Positions 1 to 8,926 of a stretch of 29,252 bases of DNA are shown in pieces. A program made the position numbers and the translations under genes. Position 1 is the first letter of the stretch, and every line of letters begins with the position of its first letter. Under the pieces are notes generated by a model. The model worked only from the letters and a program-made list of their open reading frames with translations, did not search any database and had not been told where the DNA came from. This stretch comes from Saprospiraceae bacterium (GTDB taxonomy: Bacteria > Bacteroidota > Bacteroidia > Chitinophagales > Saprospiraceae): NCBI GenBank assembly GCA_020850025.1, contig JADZFI010000045.1, forward strand, positions 1-29,252, written 5' to 3'.

Positions 1-2
1 TC

Positions 3-1334
3 GACTCTGAGGGAAACCTTTGGGCTACCCACCCCAATCGCGGACTTTACCGCCTGAGGCTGAATGCGGAGCTGACGCAGGTGCAGGAGTTCAAGAAATT
101 CGGAAAGGAAGACGGGCTTACCTCCGATTACCAACTGGGATTGTGCGCAGTAGAGGAAGGTGGGCAAAAGCAAATGCTCGTAAACGCGCATCCTTCCGCT
201 TTCCGATTGAAAAATACGGCGGGAAAAACGACCCTCGAGCCACATTGGGGTAAAAAATGGATTTCGGGGGAGGGAGAAGAGGTATTCGTGCTGGACAGCA
301 GCGGGCTGTGGTTGCGCACCACCGGCAAAAAACCGGAAAAAATACCCCTGAATCTGGTTCCGGCTTACGAAAATGTAGAGTGCCTCGGGCCGGATGTTTA
401 CCTATTTTGTCTCGAAAACGGGTTTGCACTACTCCATACCCCCGACTTGCAGGCACAGGATTCCATCCGCAGCCTGCCTCCTACAATGGTCAGACTGGTC
501 ACTACAGCCGATCAGGAAACGTTTTTGCCGGGCGCTACGCTCCGTTTCCCATACCGACAGAACAGTCTGGAGTTTCAGTTTGCGCAGCCGGTTTACGGGC
601 AACCCAATCGGTTTTCCTGGTTTTTGGAAGGGTTTTCCAAGAGCTGGTCGCCCTGGAGCGCCACCGGGGAGAAGGAGTTTACGAATCTGCCGGAGGGAAG
701 GTATGTTTTCCGGGTGCGCAGTGAGGCCGGAGGCGAGGAAGCTACGGTTGTTTTCCGGATAGCTCCGCCCTGGTACCGCTCTTATTGGGCCATTGGCGCC
801 TATGGAATCTTATTCATCGCCCTGGCGGCATGGCTGGAATCTGTGAATCGCAAACGACTGGAACGGCACCGGCAACGTTTGGTGGCGGAAAAGGAGCGGG
901 AGATCCTGCAATTGGAAGTGGAAAATAAGAGCAGGGAGCTGTCGAACGCCGCATTCAACCTGATCCGCAAGAACGAGGCATTGCAGAGTCTGAAAGACCA
1001 TCTCATAGACGCCCATAATGAGCCCCGGGCCCTGTCTAAAATCGTTCGGGAGATAGACGCCCATCTGGAAGGTGATCACGATTGGGAAATGTTCGAGGCG
1101 TCCTTCAACCGGGTGCACGACGATTTCTTCAAACGCCTGATGCAAGCCTATCCAGACCTCACGCCGGGCGACCTCCGATTGGCGGCTTATTTGAAGATGA
1201 ACCTGTCTTCCAAGGAAATTGCCCCCCTGCTGAACATCTCCATTCGGGGCATTGAAAACAAACGATACCGCTTGCGCAAGAAACTCGGCTTGCCTGAAGA
1301 GGCCAATTTGACTGAATTTATTATGGCTTTTTAA
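3..1334 (+). CDS. Membrane-spanning sensor/transcription regulator with Y_Y_Y domain and C-terminal LuxR-type HTH (5'-partial)
   Basis: Frame is open from position 3 (DSEGNLWATHPNRGLYRL..., beta-propeller-like), so the true start lies left of the window and the track start at 81 is internal. Y_Y_Y motif FSWFLEGFSKSWSPW...FTNLPEGRYVFRVRS; TM helix WAIGAYGILFIALAAWL; LuxR HTH LTPGDLRLAAYLKMNLSSKEIAPLLNISIRGIENKRYRLRKKLGL. Confidence 0.9.
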   Translation, partial: DSEGNLWATHPNRGLYRLRLNAELTQVQEFKKFGKEDGLTSDYQLGLCAVEEGGQKQMLVNAHPSAFRLKNTAGKTTLEPHWGKKWISGEGEEVFVLDSSGLWLRTTGKKPEKIPLNLVPAYENVECLGPDVYLFCLENGFALLHTPDLQAQDSIRSLPPTMVRLVTTADQETFLPGATLRFPYRQNSLEFQFAQPVYGQPNRFSWFLEGFSKSWSPWSATGEKEFTNLPEGRYVFRVRSEAGGEEATVVFRIAPPWYRSYWAIGAYGILFIALAAWLESVNRKRLERHRQRLVAEKEREILQLEVENKSRELSNAAFNLIRKNEALQSLKDHLIDAHNEPRALSKIVREIDAHLEGDHDWEMFEASFNRVHDDFFKRLMQAYPDLTPGDLRLAAYLKMNLSSKEIAPLLNISIRGIENKRYRLRKKLGLPEEANLTEFIMAF

Positions 1335-1420
1335 GCGCTCATTGCTGATTTTTTACATGGCGTAGTATTGGTGAGGTGCGTTTTTCTTTCAAAAATTGTT
1401 TGTTGTCCTAATTTCATCCT

Positions 1421-1460
1421 GCGAATTTCGCTAATCTCCCAATTTTACCGTGAATTGGGA
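1421..1460. promoter_or_regulatory. Two short inverted repeats upstream of the first PUL enzyme gene (candidate operator or leader hairpin)
   Basis: GCGAA-T-TTCGC at 1421-1431 and TCCCAATT-N8-AATTGGGA at 1437-1460, ending 17 nt before the ATG at 1478. Function is inferred only. Confidence 0.3.
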
Positions 1461-1477
1461 AAAGCTACTGTTCAACC

Positions 1478-3343
1478 ATGAGGATGTTTGCCCGAATCCG
1501 TTACGCTTGTCTTTTCTATGCCCTTTTCGTGCTTGGGTCTGCCCAGGCCCAGGTTCCCTCTGCACCGCAGGGGCTGGAGGCCGTCGGGTATGAAAAGCAT
1601 GTTGCCCTGAGCTGGAAGCCTAATACCGAAGCCAATGTCACGGGCTACAAAATTTACCGCTCTGTCAACGGGGGGGCATCCTTTGCCTTTCTTAAGCAAG
1701 TGGGCAAAGAAGCCCTGGCGGTTGACTGGACGGGCGATGAGGCGGAAGGGCTCGTAAGACACTACCGCGTTACGGCCTTTAGCGCAGCAGGTGAGAGCGG
1801 ATTTTCTACAGTAGATTCAGCTCAGTGCTTGCCCATGACCGACGAGGAACTGCTGGAAATGACTCAGCGCGCCACGTTTAGGTATTTTTGGGATTACGGT
1901 CACCCGGTGAGCGGTATGGCCCGCGAGCGCAGCAACGGAGATGCGAATATTGTGACCACGGGGGGCTCCGGTTTTGGCATCATGGCCATTCTGGTGGGCG
2001 CCGAACGCGGCTGGGTCAGCAGAACAGAAGCCTTGAACCGCCTGATACAAATAGCCTCCTTCCTGCAGTTTGCCGACCGGTTCCACGGCGTGTTCCCACA
2101 CTGGATGAACGGCACCAATGGCAATGTAATTCCATTCAGCCAGTTCGATGATGGCGGTGATTTGGTGGAAACGGCTTTTTTGATACAGGGATTATTGGCA
2201 GCTCGTCAGTATTTCAATCAGGACAACCCCCTGGAAAACGCGCTGCGCGACGTGATCACCGGTTTGTGGGAAGAAGTGGAGTGGGATTGGTATCGCAGAA
2301 ATAACAGCGGGGTACTTTACTGGCACTGGTCGCCGAACTACGGATGGCAGATGAACTTCCCTTTGCGGGGCTTCTACGAGGCACAGTTGGTGTACATTCT
2401 GGCGGCGGCTTCGCCTACGCATTCTGTGCCGGCCAGCTTGTATCAAACCGGCTGGACCTCCGGCAATTATGCCAACAACAGCACCCATTTTGGCTACAAG
2501 ATCTATTGTGGCCCGTTTGGCGGCGGTCCGCTGTTTTTTGCCCATTACTCCTACCTGGGCTTCGATCCTCGCGGGAAGCGGGATGCTTTCTGCAATTACT
2601 TTGTGCGCAACCGCAATCACTCCCTTATACAGCAGGCCTATGCGATTGCCAATCCGGAGCAGCACGCCGGATACGGTGCAGACTGTTGGGGGTTGACCTC
2701 CAGTGATGGGCCAAACGGTTATTCGGCGCACGATATCTGGCCAACCAACGATCATGGCACTATTGCTCCCACAGCTGCTCTTTCCAGTATGGCCTATACA
2801 CCGGAGGAGAGTATGGCTGCGCTGCGCCATTTCTACCGGGTGCGTGGTGAAAAACTCTGGGGCGTAGATGGTTTTTACGATGCATTTAATCTGAACCAGA
2901 ACTGGATTGCTCCTTCCTACCTGGCCATAGACCAGGGGCCTATTGTTGGCATGATAGAAAATTACCGCACGGGTTTGCTCTGGAACCTGTTCATGCAAAA
3001 TCCGGAAATCGCGCCGGCTTTGACCGCCGTCGGTTTTGTGCCCGACAACACCCCGGTTTCTGAACCGGAGGCAGATCATTCGCTTGACATAACCGTGACG
3101 CCCAACCCTGTCGTGGATGGGGTAGTGTCTTTGGACATACATTTAACTGAGGCTCAGGTGTTGAGTGCACGCTTGCGGGATGTTCGGGGTAAAATGGTGC
3201 AGGAACTTTTTTCTGCAGTGCCTTTCCCGGCAGGCGATATTCGCCAATCCTGGCCGCTAAAAGAACTCTCTTCCGGATTGTATTTCCTGGAAATCATCCA
3301 GCCCTCGGGTCGCGTTATCATACAAAAAGTGATACTCCATTAA
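1478..3343 (+). CDS. GH144-like (DUF3131/'glucoamylase' family) endo-beta-1,2-glucanase with N-terminal Fn3 domain and T9SS C-terminal sorting domain
   Basis: Signal peptide ending SAQAQ; Fn3 (PSAPQGL...LSWKPN...GYKIYRS...YRVTAF...GES); GH144 motifs GFGIMAILVGAERGW, FDDGGDLVETAFL, GGPLFFAHYSYLGFDP, WGLTSSD, YLAIDQGPIVGMIENYRTGLLW; CTD TPNP...LSSGLYFLEI...KVILH. Confidence 0.88.
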   Translation: MRMFARIRYACLFYALFVLGSAQAQVPSAPQGLEAVGYEKHVALSWKPNTEANVTGYKIYRSVNGGASFAFLKQVGKEALAVDWTGDEAEGLVRHYRVTAFSAAGESGFSTVDSAQCLPMTDEELLEMTQRATFRYFWDYGHPVSGMARERSNGDANIVTTGGSGFGIMAILVGAERGWVSRTEALNRLIQIASFLQFADRFHGVFPHWMNGTNGNVIPFSQFDDGGDLVETAFLIQGLLAARQYFNQDNPLENALRDVITGLWEEVEWDWYRRNNSGVLYWHWSPNYGWQMNFPLRGFYEAQLVYILAAASPTHSVPASLYQTGWTSGNYANNSTHFGYKIYCGPFGGGPLFFAHYSYLGFDPRGKRDAFCNYFVRNRNHSLIQQAYAIANPEQHAGYGADCWGLTSSDGPNGYSAHDIWPTNDHGTIAPTAALSSMAYTPEESMAALRHFYRVRGEKLWGVDGFYDAFNLNQNWIAPSYLAIDQGPIVGMIENYRTGLLWNLFMQNPEIAPALTAVGFVPDNTPVSEPEADHSLDITVTPNPVVDGVVSLDIHLTEAQVLSARLRDVRGKMVQELFSAVPFPAGDIRQSWPLKELSSGLYFLEIIQPSGRVIIQKVILH

Positions 3344-3402
3344 GCCGAAAACTATTGTAACTAAATCATTTTCACACATAACCAATGCTAAAAGAAGTGC
3401 TT

Positions 3403-6400
3403 ATGAAAAATTTGTTTATCACTGCCCTGCTTTTATTTTTCGGCAGTCTGGGCGTAAATGCTCAGGTTACCTACGAGGATTTTGAGGGCGGTACGCCCGA
3501 CCTCACCTGGACCGGCCTGAATGGCACCTATAATGGTGCGGTTCAAAATCCGGATCAAAGTGGCGTAAATATCAGTGAGTGGGTGGGTTCCTATACGAAT
3601 GCCCCAAATTTCGATTTCTGTTTTGCGTTGCACACTTTCCCGACCACCCTGGACATCAGTGAGTTCAACCAGTTCAAAATGAAAATCTGGTCGCCCACAG
3701 CCCCCAGTAAGGCTTTGCTGAAACTGGAAGGTCCGGGTGGCCCGGCGGTGGAAAAAATTGTGGATATTACCATTGCCAACCAATGGGTGGAGTACACCTT
3801 CGACCTTTCTGCGGGTGCCGGTTATACAAACCTGAAGACCATACTGGTGTCTTTCAATTCTTTCGTATTGGGAGACGACAAGACCTATTACTTCGACGAC
3901 ATTCGTGCTGAAAAAGCAGAAAACTGTTTGGCGGATTTTGAAGGACCGGGACTCAATTTTCAGGGCATTAACGGAATCCTCCTCGCTCCTGTAGACAATC
4001 CTGTTCCCAATTTTGTGAACAACAGTGCTCACTGCGCTGAATATGTCAAATCCCCTTTGCATGCTTACAGCCTGCTACTGGCAGATAATGGTACGCCCTT
4101 TGATCTCTCTGTGTACAATCAGTTCAATATTGACATCTTTGCCACTGCTCCAACACAGATTCTGTTCAAACTTGAAGGCGCAGGCGGTGGGTTTGAACAA
4201 ATAAAAAACATTGCAGTAACAGGCGCCTGGCAGACCTATTCCTTTGATTTTAGTGCCCAGGCTGCCAATACCGGACTAAGCAAGATCGTCATGTTCTTTG
4301 ACCCCGGGGTGGAAACAAGTGGAGATACCTATTACTTCGACAATGTTTGTGTGGTGCCGAGTCCTTGTAAAGATGTGGTGCCGGATCCTGACATTATTGA
4401 TGATTTTGAATGTAACCGGAATGCGACTTACACCGGTGATTGGAGCTTTTTCTCTGTTGTATCCAACCCGGCGCCAACGGGAGACAATAACTCTCCAAAA
4501 GTTGGACGTTTTGAGGACCCAAGCGGCCAGGGAACAGAATGGTCCAATCTTCAACTTGACTACGAAAATCCGATTGATCTTTCGGTGCGCAATCAATTCT
4601 CCTGCCAGTTATGGGCGCCCAAGGCCGGCAAATTGCTGATGAAAATTGAAGGTGGACCGAACCCTCCCAAAGAGGTCTTTATAGATGTAACAGAGCTCAA
4701 TAAATGGGTGACCTATACGGCCGATTTTTCCGATCAGGTAGGAAAGGGACACAAAAAAATTGTCCTGTTCTTTAATGCAGGCGTAAATGGCGAGCCCGGA
4801 GATGTGTACCATATTGACAACATCAAATTGTCTGCTCCAACCGCCGCTCCGCCGCTGGAAGATTTCCAGGACGGTATTCACCTCGGCTGGCAGCCACTTG
4901 ATCAAAACGAGCCTATTCATGGCGTTTTCCAGGGGCCGGTGAACAACCCAAATCCTAACGGCGTAAACAACTCCACTCAGGTGGGTTGCTACACAAAGGG
5001 TAGCTCTGCTTTCTCCACCTTGCAGGGCATTTCCCTGACGAATCTGGATCTCTCCATTTATGCGCAATTTAACCTCGATGTATTGAGCCCGGCCGTTGGC
5101 GGTACGGTGACGCTGATCCTGAATTCTCCTACCCAGGGCAATAAAGAGGCGGAAGCTGAGATTACTACGCCTGGTCAATGGGAGACACTCAGCTTTGACT
5201 TTTCTGCATTTAACGGCATCACCGACTTCGGTGAAGTGCGCATTATTTTCAATGCGGGAGTTGCTGCATTAGGTCAGGTCTGGTATTTCGACAACCTCCG
5301 TCAAACAGAAATTACCATCGACCCCTGTGCCGGTGTGGTACCAATTATTAATATCATTGACGACTTTGAGTGCCAGCGTAACTACACCCAGATCTTCTAC
5401 GGTGCAGATGATATTTCGGTGGTAAACAACCCGCACCTGACACCGGAAAACGGCTCACTAAAGGTGGGTGAATACAAGGATCCTGCGGGTGGAGGTACGG
5501 AATATGCCGGCATCGGTATTGAATTCCCTGCGGCTCCGGACCTGAGCGTGTACAACCACCTGTCTATGCTTGTTTGGTCGCCGGTTGCCAATGCTCCGTT
5601 CCTGTTCAAGCTGGAAGGCAACGGACCTGCAGTAGAGATTTTTGATACTGTGCCGGTAGCAAACGCCTGGTACAAGTTTGATATTGATTTCAGCGGAGCT
5701 GTGGGCACTGCGCACAACAAACTGGTTATTTTCGCTAATGTAGCCAGCGCCGTAGGTGGTGGTACTTATTATTACGACAATATCCGTTGGGCACGCGCCG
5801 GCTACAACGGCTGTATCGTGGATCACGAAGCGCCACAAACAACGCTTGGATTCAAATACTTCGCCAATGGATATCTGGAGGCTGCTGCCTATCAATTCGA
5901 AGTAATTGACAACCCAAATGCTTCCGGCATCAATACCAGCGGTAAGGTGGGTAAATTTGTTAAAGCAAAGGATGCCCTGCCATTTGCAGGTATCTACTCC
6001 TTCCCGGATCTGGAATCTCCTATCGACTGGAAAGGCGTGAAAACCGTTAAAGCCAAGGTTCACATGGACCACATCGGCAACTTTGCCGTGAAAGTGGAAG
6101 GTTCAGCTACAGGCGCTCCGGCATTTGAAATTCCGGTGGCCAATACCAAGATCAATGAGTGGGAAGAACTCACTTTCAACTTTGCCGCAGTACCGGACAA
6201 CGGAGAATACCGCCGTTTGACCCTGTTCTTCGATCTCGGAATTGATGCAACAGGACAAGACGTAACATCCTACTTCGATGATATCGTGATTGGCGACGGC
6301 AACTGTATCTCGGTTGGAACCTTCAGTCCGGAAGATATTGTGGCCATGCGCGTATCACCTAACCCAACCACAGAATGGCTGCTGGTGGAGAACATGGAAG

Positions 6401-6576
6401 AGGTAAGTCGTCTGGAAGTGTACGATATGTACGGACGCCGCGTAGCAGTGGCCAATACTTCCGGCGATACTACTACTGACCTGAATGTATCCCGTTTCCC
6501 TGCCGGCATGTACCTGTTGAATGGCTTTAACCGCCAGGGCATGCTGATAAGCAAGGCCAAGTTTGTGAAACAATGA
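3403..6576 (+). CDS. T9SS-secreted protein with six tandem ~150-aa CBM-like beta-sandwich repeats and no recognisable catalytic domain
   Basis: Likely start MKNLF at 3403 (alternative 3385), signal peptide ending VNAQ. Repeats share DFE, NP..xxN.S..VG, K(L/I/V)EG, W..(Y/L)xFDF and Y(Y/F/H)xD(N/D)(I/V/L) motifs. CTD VSPNP...PAGMYLL...KFVKQ. The CBM function is inferred. Confidence 0.8.
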   Translation: MKNLFITALLLFFGSLGVNAQVTYEDFEGGTPDLTWTGLNGTYNGAVQNPDQSGVNISEWVGSYTNAPNFDFCFALHTFPTTLDISEFNQFKMKIWSPTAPSKALLKLEGPGGPAVEKIVDITIANQWVEYTFDLSAGAGYTNLKTILVSFNSFVLGDDKTYYFDDIRAEKAENCLADFEGPGLNFQGINGILLAPVDNPVPNFVNNSAHCAEYVKSPLHAYSLLLADNGTPFDLSVYNQFNIDIFATAPTQILFKLEGAGGGFEQIKNIAVTGAWQTYSFDFSAQAANTGLSKIVMFFDPGVETSGDTYYFDNVCVVPSPCKDVVPDPDIIDDFECNRNATYTGDWSFFSVVSNPAPTGDNNSPKVGRFEDPSGQGTEWSNLQLDYENPIDLSVRNQFSCQLWAPKAGKLLMKIEGGPNPPKEVFIDVTELNKWVTYTADFSDQVGKGHKKIVLFFNAGVNGEPGDVYHIDNIKLSAPTAAPPLEDFQDGIHLGWQPLDQNEPIHGVFQGPVNNPNPNGVNNSTQVGCYTKGSSAFSTLQGISLTNLDLSIYAQFNLDVLSPAVGGTVTLILNSPTQGNKEAEAEITTPGQWETLSFDFSAFNGITDFGEVRIIFNAGVAALGQVWYFDNLRQTEITIDPCAGVVPIINIIDDFECQRNYTQIFYGADDISVVNNPHLTPENGSLKVGEYKDPAGGGTEYAGIGIEFPAAPDLSVYNHLSMLVWSPVANAPFLFKLEGNGPAVEIFDTVPVANAWYKFDIDFSGAVGTAHNKLVIFANVASAVGGGTYYYDNIRWARAGYNGCIVDHEAPQTTLGFKYFANGYLEAAAYQFEVIDNPNASGINTSGKVGKFVKAKDALPFAGIYSFPDLESPIDWKGVKTVKAKVHMDHIGNFAVKVEGSATGAPAFEIPVANTKINEWEELTFNFAAVPDNGEYRRLTLFFDLGIDATGQDVTSYFDDIVIGDGNCISVGTFSPEDIVAMRVSPNPTTEWLLVENMEEVSRLEVYDMYGRRVAVANTSGDTTTDLNVSRFPAGMYLLNGFNRQGMLISKAKFVKQ

Positions 6577-6643
6577 GTTTAGTTAGATTGGTTGCCCGTT
6601 GTCAGGCGGGCTCTGTTCCAAATTAAAACGATAAAACAATCGT

Positions 6644-6677
6644 ATTCGGGCGGCAGTACTAAGCCTGCCGCCCGAAT
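6644..6677 (+). other. Perfect 13-bp GC-rich intergenic hairpin (terminator-like or RNA-stabilising)
   Basis: ATTCGGGCGGCAG (6644-6656), loop TACTAAGC, CTGCCGCCCGAAT (6665-6677); only a short U run follows. Confidence 0.6.
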
Positions 6678-6722
6678 TTGGACAGCTTTCTGAGTGAAAT
6701 GAAGATCTTACTAAACCATGTT

Positions 6723-8891
6723 ATGAAGCATTTCCTCTTTTTAATTTTCCTGCTTTGGGGGGCAATGGCACACGCTCAGTCGCACTATGCCGGCATTGGC
6801 GCAGAGAACCCTCACTTCTCCCTGGACGAGGTACAAAAGCGGCATTTCCTCTATTTTTGGGAACTGGCGCACCCGGTCACCTTTCAGGTGCCCGATCGGT
6901 ATCCAACCGATCATTTTTCCAGTATTGCCGCCACCGGATTTGGTCTGTCGGCTTATCTGGTAGGAGCCGAACGCAAGTGGATTACCCGCGCACAGGCCGC
7001 TGAACGCGTACTACGTACGCTTGAATTTTTAAAAAACCTGCCTCAGGGTCCGGACGAATCCGGAACGGCAGGATACAAGGGGTGGTTCTACCATTTCCTG
7101 AAAACACAAGACGCGCTCAGATTTAAAAATGTTGAGCTCTCCAGCATAGACACCGGCCTGTTGATGGCAGGCGTGTTGTCGTGCATGACCTACTTCGACC
7201 GCAATACACCTACAGAAGAGGCCATCCGCAAAACTGCTGATTATCTATACCGCCAGATCGATTTCGGCTGGTTTATGAACGAACAAACGCGCCTGAGCAT
7301 GGGCTGGTTCCCGGAGCGCGACGGAGTCCTGGCTGCTGATTGGCGGGGGTACAACGAAGCCATGATCCTGAACATCATGGGTTTGGGTTCGCCCACCCAT
7401 CCACTACCCACCGAAACCTGGGAAAAATGGTGCGAGCCTTATTTCCGGGCTACGTTCATGGGGCAGGATCACGTCAACTTCGGCCCGATGTTCGGACATC
7501 AGTACAGCCATTGCTGGATTGATTTTCGGGGCATCCAGGATCCCTACATGAAAAAGATGGGAATAGATTATTTTGAAAATTCCCGTCGCGCCGCCCTGGC
7601 GCAACGCCAGTACTGCATTGAAAATCCCGGCCGGTTTAAGGGATATGGTCCCGAGATTTGGGGGCTTACCGCAGGCGATGGTCCGGATACCGATATGATG
7701 CATGAGGGCAAAAAAATCTATTGTCCGGGATATGGCGCCCGTGGCGTGGCCATTGATTATTTGGAAGACGATGGAACCATTGCCCCAACCGCCGCCATCG
7801 GTTGCATGCCTTTTGCACCGGAGGTGTGTTTGCCCACCCTGGAAGCTATGTGGAAACGCTGGCCGGTGGGTAAATATGGTTTTTTTGACGGGTATAATGA
7901 AACCTTCACCGAAATAGCGCGATCTCCCAAGGCGCAGCCCGGATATCCGTTCTGGGTGGATAAAGACTACCTGGGCATTGATCAGGGGCCTATTGTACTC
8001 ATGCTGGAAAATTACCGGTCCGGATTCTTATGGGATCTGATGAAGCGCAATCCGTACATCGTACGCGGCCTCAAGCGGGCAGGTTTCACCGGGGGCTGGC
8101 TCGATAAGGCAACCGCCGACCGAAGCGTTGATTTTTCCGGACAGGAGGCCAAGGTTGCCAGTCCAAATAAGCAAGTGCCGCTCGATCAGCACGGATTTTT
8201 CCAACGGGCCATTTATCAGGACAAGGAAGGCCACGCTCTGCCTTATCAGTTGATGACGCCCTGGCAAAAAAACTCTCCTAATGGTAAATATCCCCTGGTC
8301 ATTTTCCTGCATGGATCGGGCGAAAGAGGGAGTTTTAACCATGAACAAATGCGCAATGGCGTTCATGCCTTTTGCGAAACATGGGTGCGCGAAAAACATC
8401 CGCATTACCTGCTGGCCCCACAATGCCCGCCCGATATGCGTTGGGGCGGCAGCAGTAAAGACTGGCAAACCCTCTATCAGGAGAATCCCACTGTTCCCGG
8501 CCGCATGGTACTGGAACTGATAGAAAAGACCCTGGCCGAGCATCCTGATATTGATCGAAACCGAATTTACCTCACCGGCCTGAGCATGGGCGGGTTCGGT
8601 ACTTTTGATTTGTTGATGCGCAGGCCGGATTTGTTCGCTGCCGGGATGCCGCTGTGCGGTGGTGGCGATCCGCGTTATGCCGACAAAATTAAAAACATCC
8701 CCTTGTGGGTATTTCATGGTGCTCTGGACGATGTCGTGTATCCACGATGCTCCAGACAAATAGTGCAAGCGCTTAAAAAATCCGGCGGGAGAGTGCGTTA
8801 CACCGAGTTCTCTACGCTGTATCACGACATTTGGAATGTGGTGTATTACAATCCGGAAGTATTGGAGTGGTTGTTTGATCAACACAAGTGA
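6723..8891 (+). CDS. GH144-like glycoside hydrolase fused to a C-terminal alpha/beta-hydrolase serine esterase
   Basis: Likely start MKHFLF at 6723 with signal peptide ending AHAQ (track start 6678). GH part: SSIAATGFGLSAYLVGAERKW, GWFYHFL, ELSSIDTGLLMAG, WRGYNEAM, GPMFGHQYSHCWIDFRG, WGLTAGDG, LGIDQGPIVLMLENYRSG, ending AGFTGGWLD. Esterase part: FLHGSGERG, YLTGLSMGGFGT (GxSxG), FHGALDDVV, TLYHDIW. Confidence 0.85.
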   Translation: MKHFLFLIFLLWGAMAHAQSHYAGIGAENPHFSLDEVQKRHFLYFWELAHPVTFQVPDRYPTDHFSSIAATGFGLSAYLVGAERKWITRAQAAERVLRTLEFLKNLPQGPDESGTAGYKGWFYHFLKTQDALRFKNVELSSIDTGLLMAGVLSCMTYFDRNTPTEEAIRKTADYLYRQIDFGWFMNEQTRLSMGWFPERDGVLAADWRGYNEAMILNIMGLGSPTHPLPTETWEKWCEPYFRATFMGQDHVNFGPMFGHQYSHCWIDFRGIQDPYMKKMGIDYFENSRRAALAQRQYCIENPGRFKGYGPEIWGLTAGDGPDTDMMHEGKKIYCPGYGARGVAIDYLEDDGTIAPTAAIGCMPFAPEVCLPTLEAMWKRWPVGKYGFFDGYNETFTEIARSPKAQPGYPFWVDKDYLGIDQGPIVLMLENYRSGFLWDLMKRNPYIVRGLKRAGFTGGWLDKATADRSVDFSGQEAKVASPNKQVPLDQHGFFQRAIYQDKEGHALPYQLMTPWQKNSPNGKYPLVIFLHGSGERGSFNHEQMRNGVHAFCETWVREKHPHYLLAPQCPPDMRWGGSSKDWQTLYQENPTVPGRMVLELIEKTLAEHPDIDRNRIYLTGLSMGGFGTFDLLMRRPDLFAAGMPLCGGGDPRYADKIKNIPLWVFHGALDDVVYPRCSRQIVQALKKSGGRVRYTEFSTLYHDIWNVVYYNPEVLEWLFDQHK

Positions 8892-8926
8892 TAAAGCTCC
8901 GGACGATCTCATTTTACTCAATCGAT

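Noticed and set aside
1478-8891. 'Glucoamylase' or 'peptidase/phospholipase' labels for the PUL enzymes
   Set aside because: These are legacy family names; the motifs and GH3/SusCD context fit GH144-type beta-1,2-glucanases and an ester hydrolase better, though activity is untested.
8900-8906. Single CGGACGA unit between the GH144-esterase gene and bglX
   Set aside because: One isolated heptamer is expected by chance; no phased neighbours.
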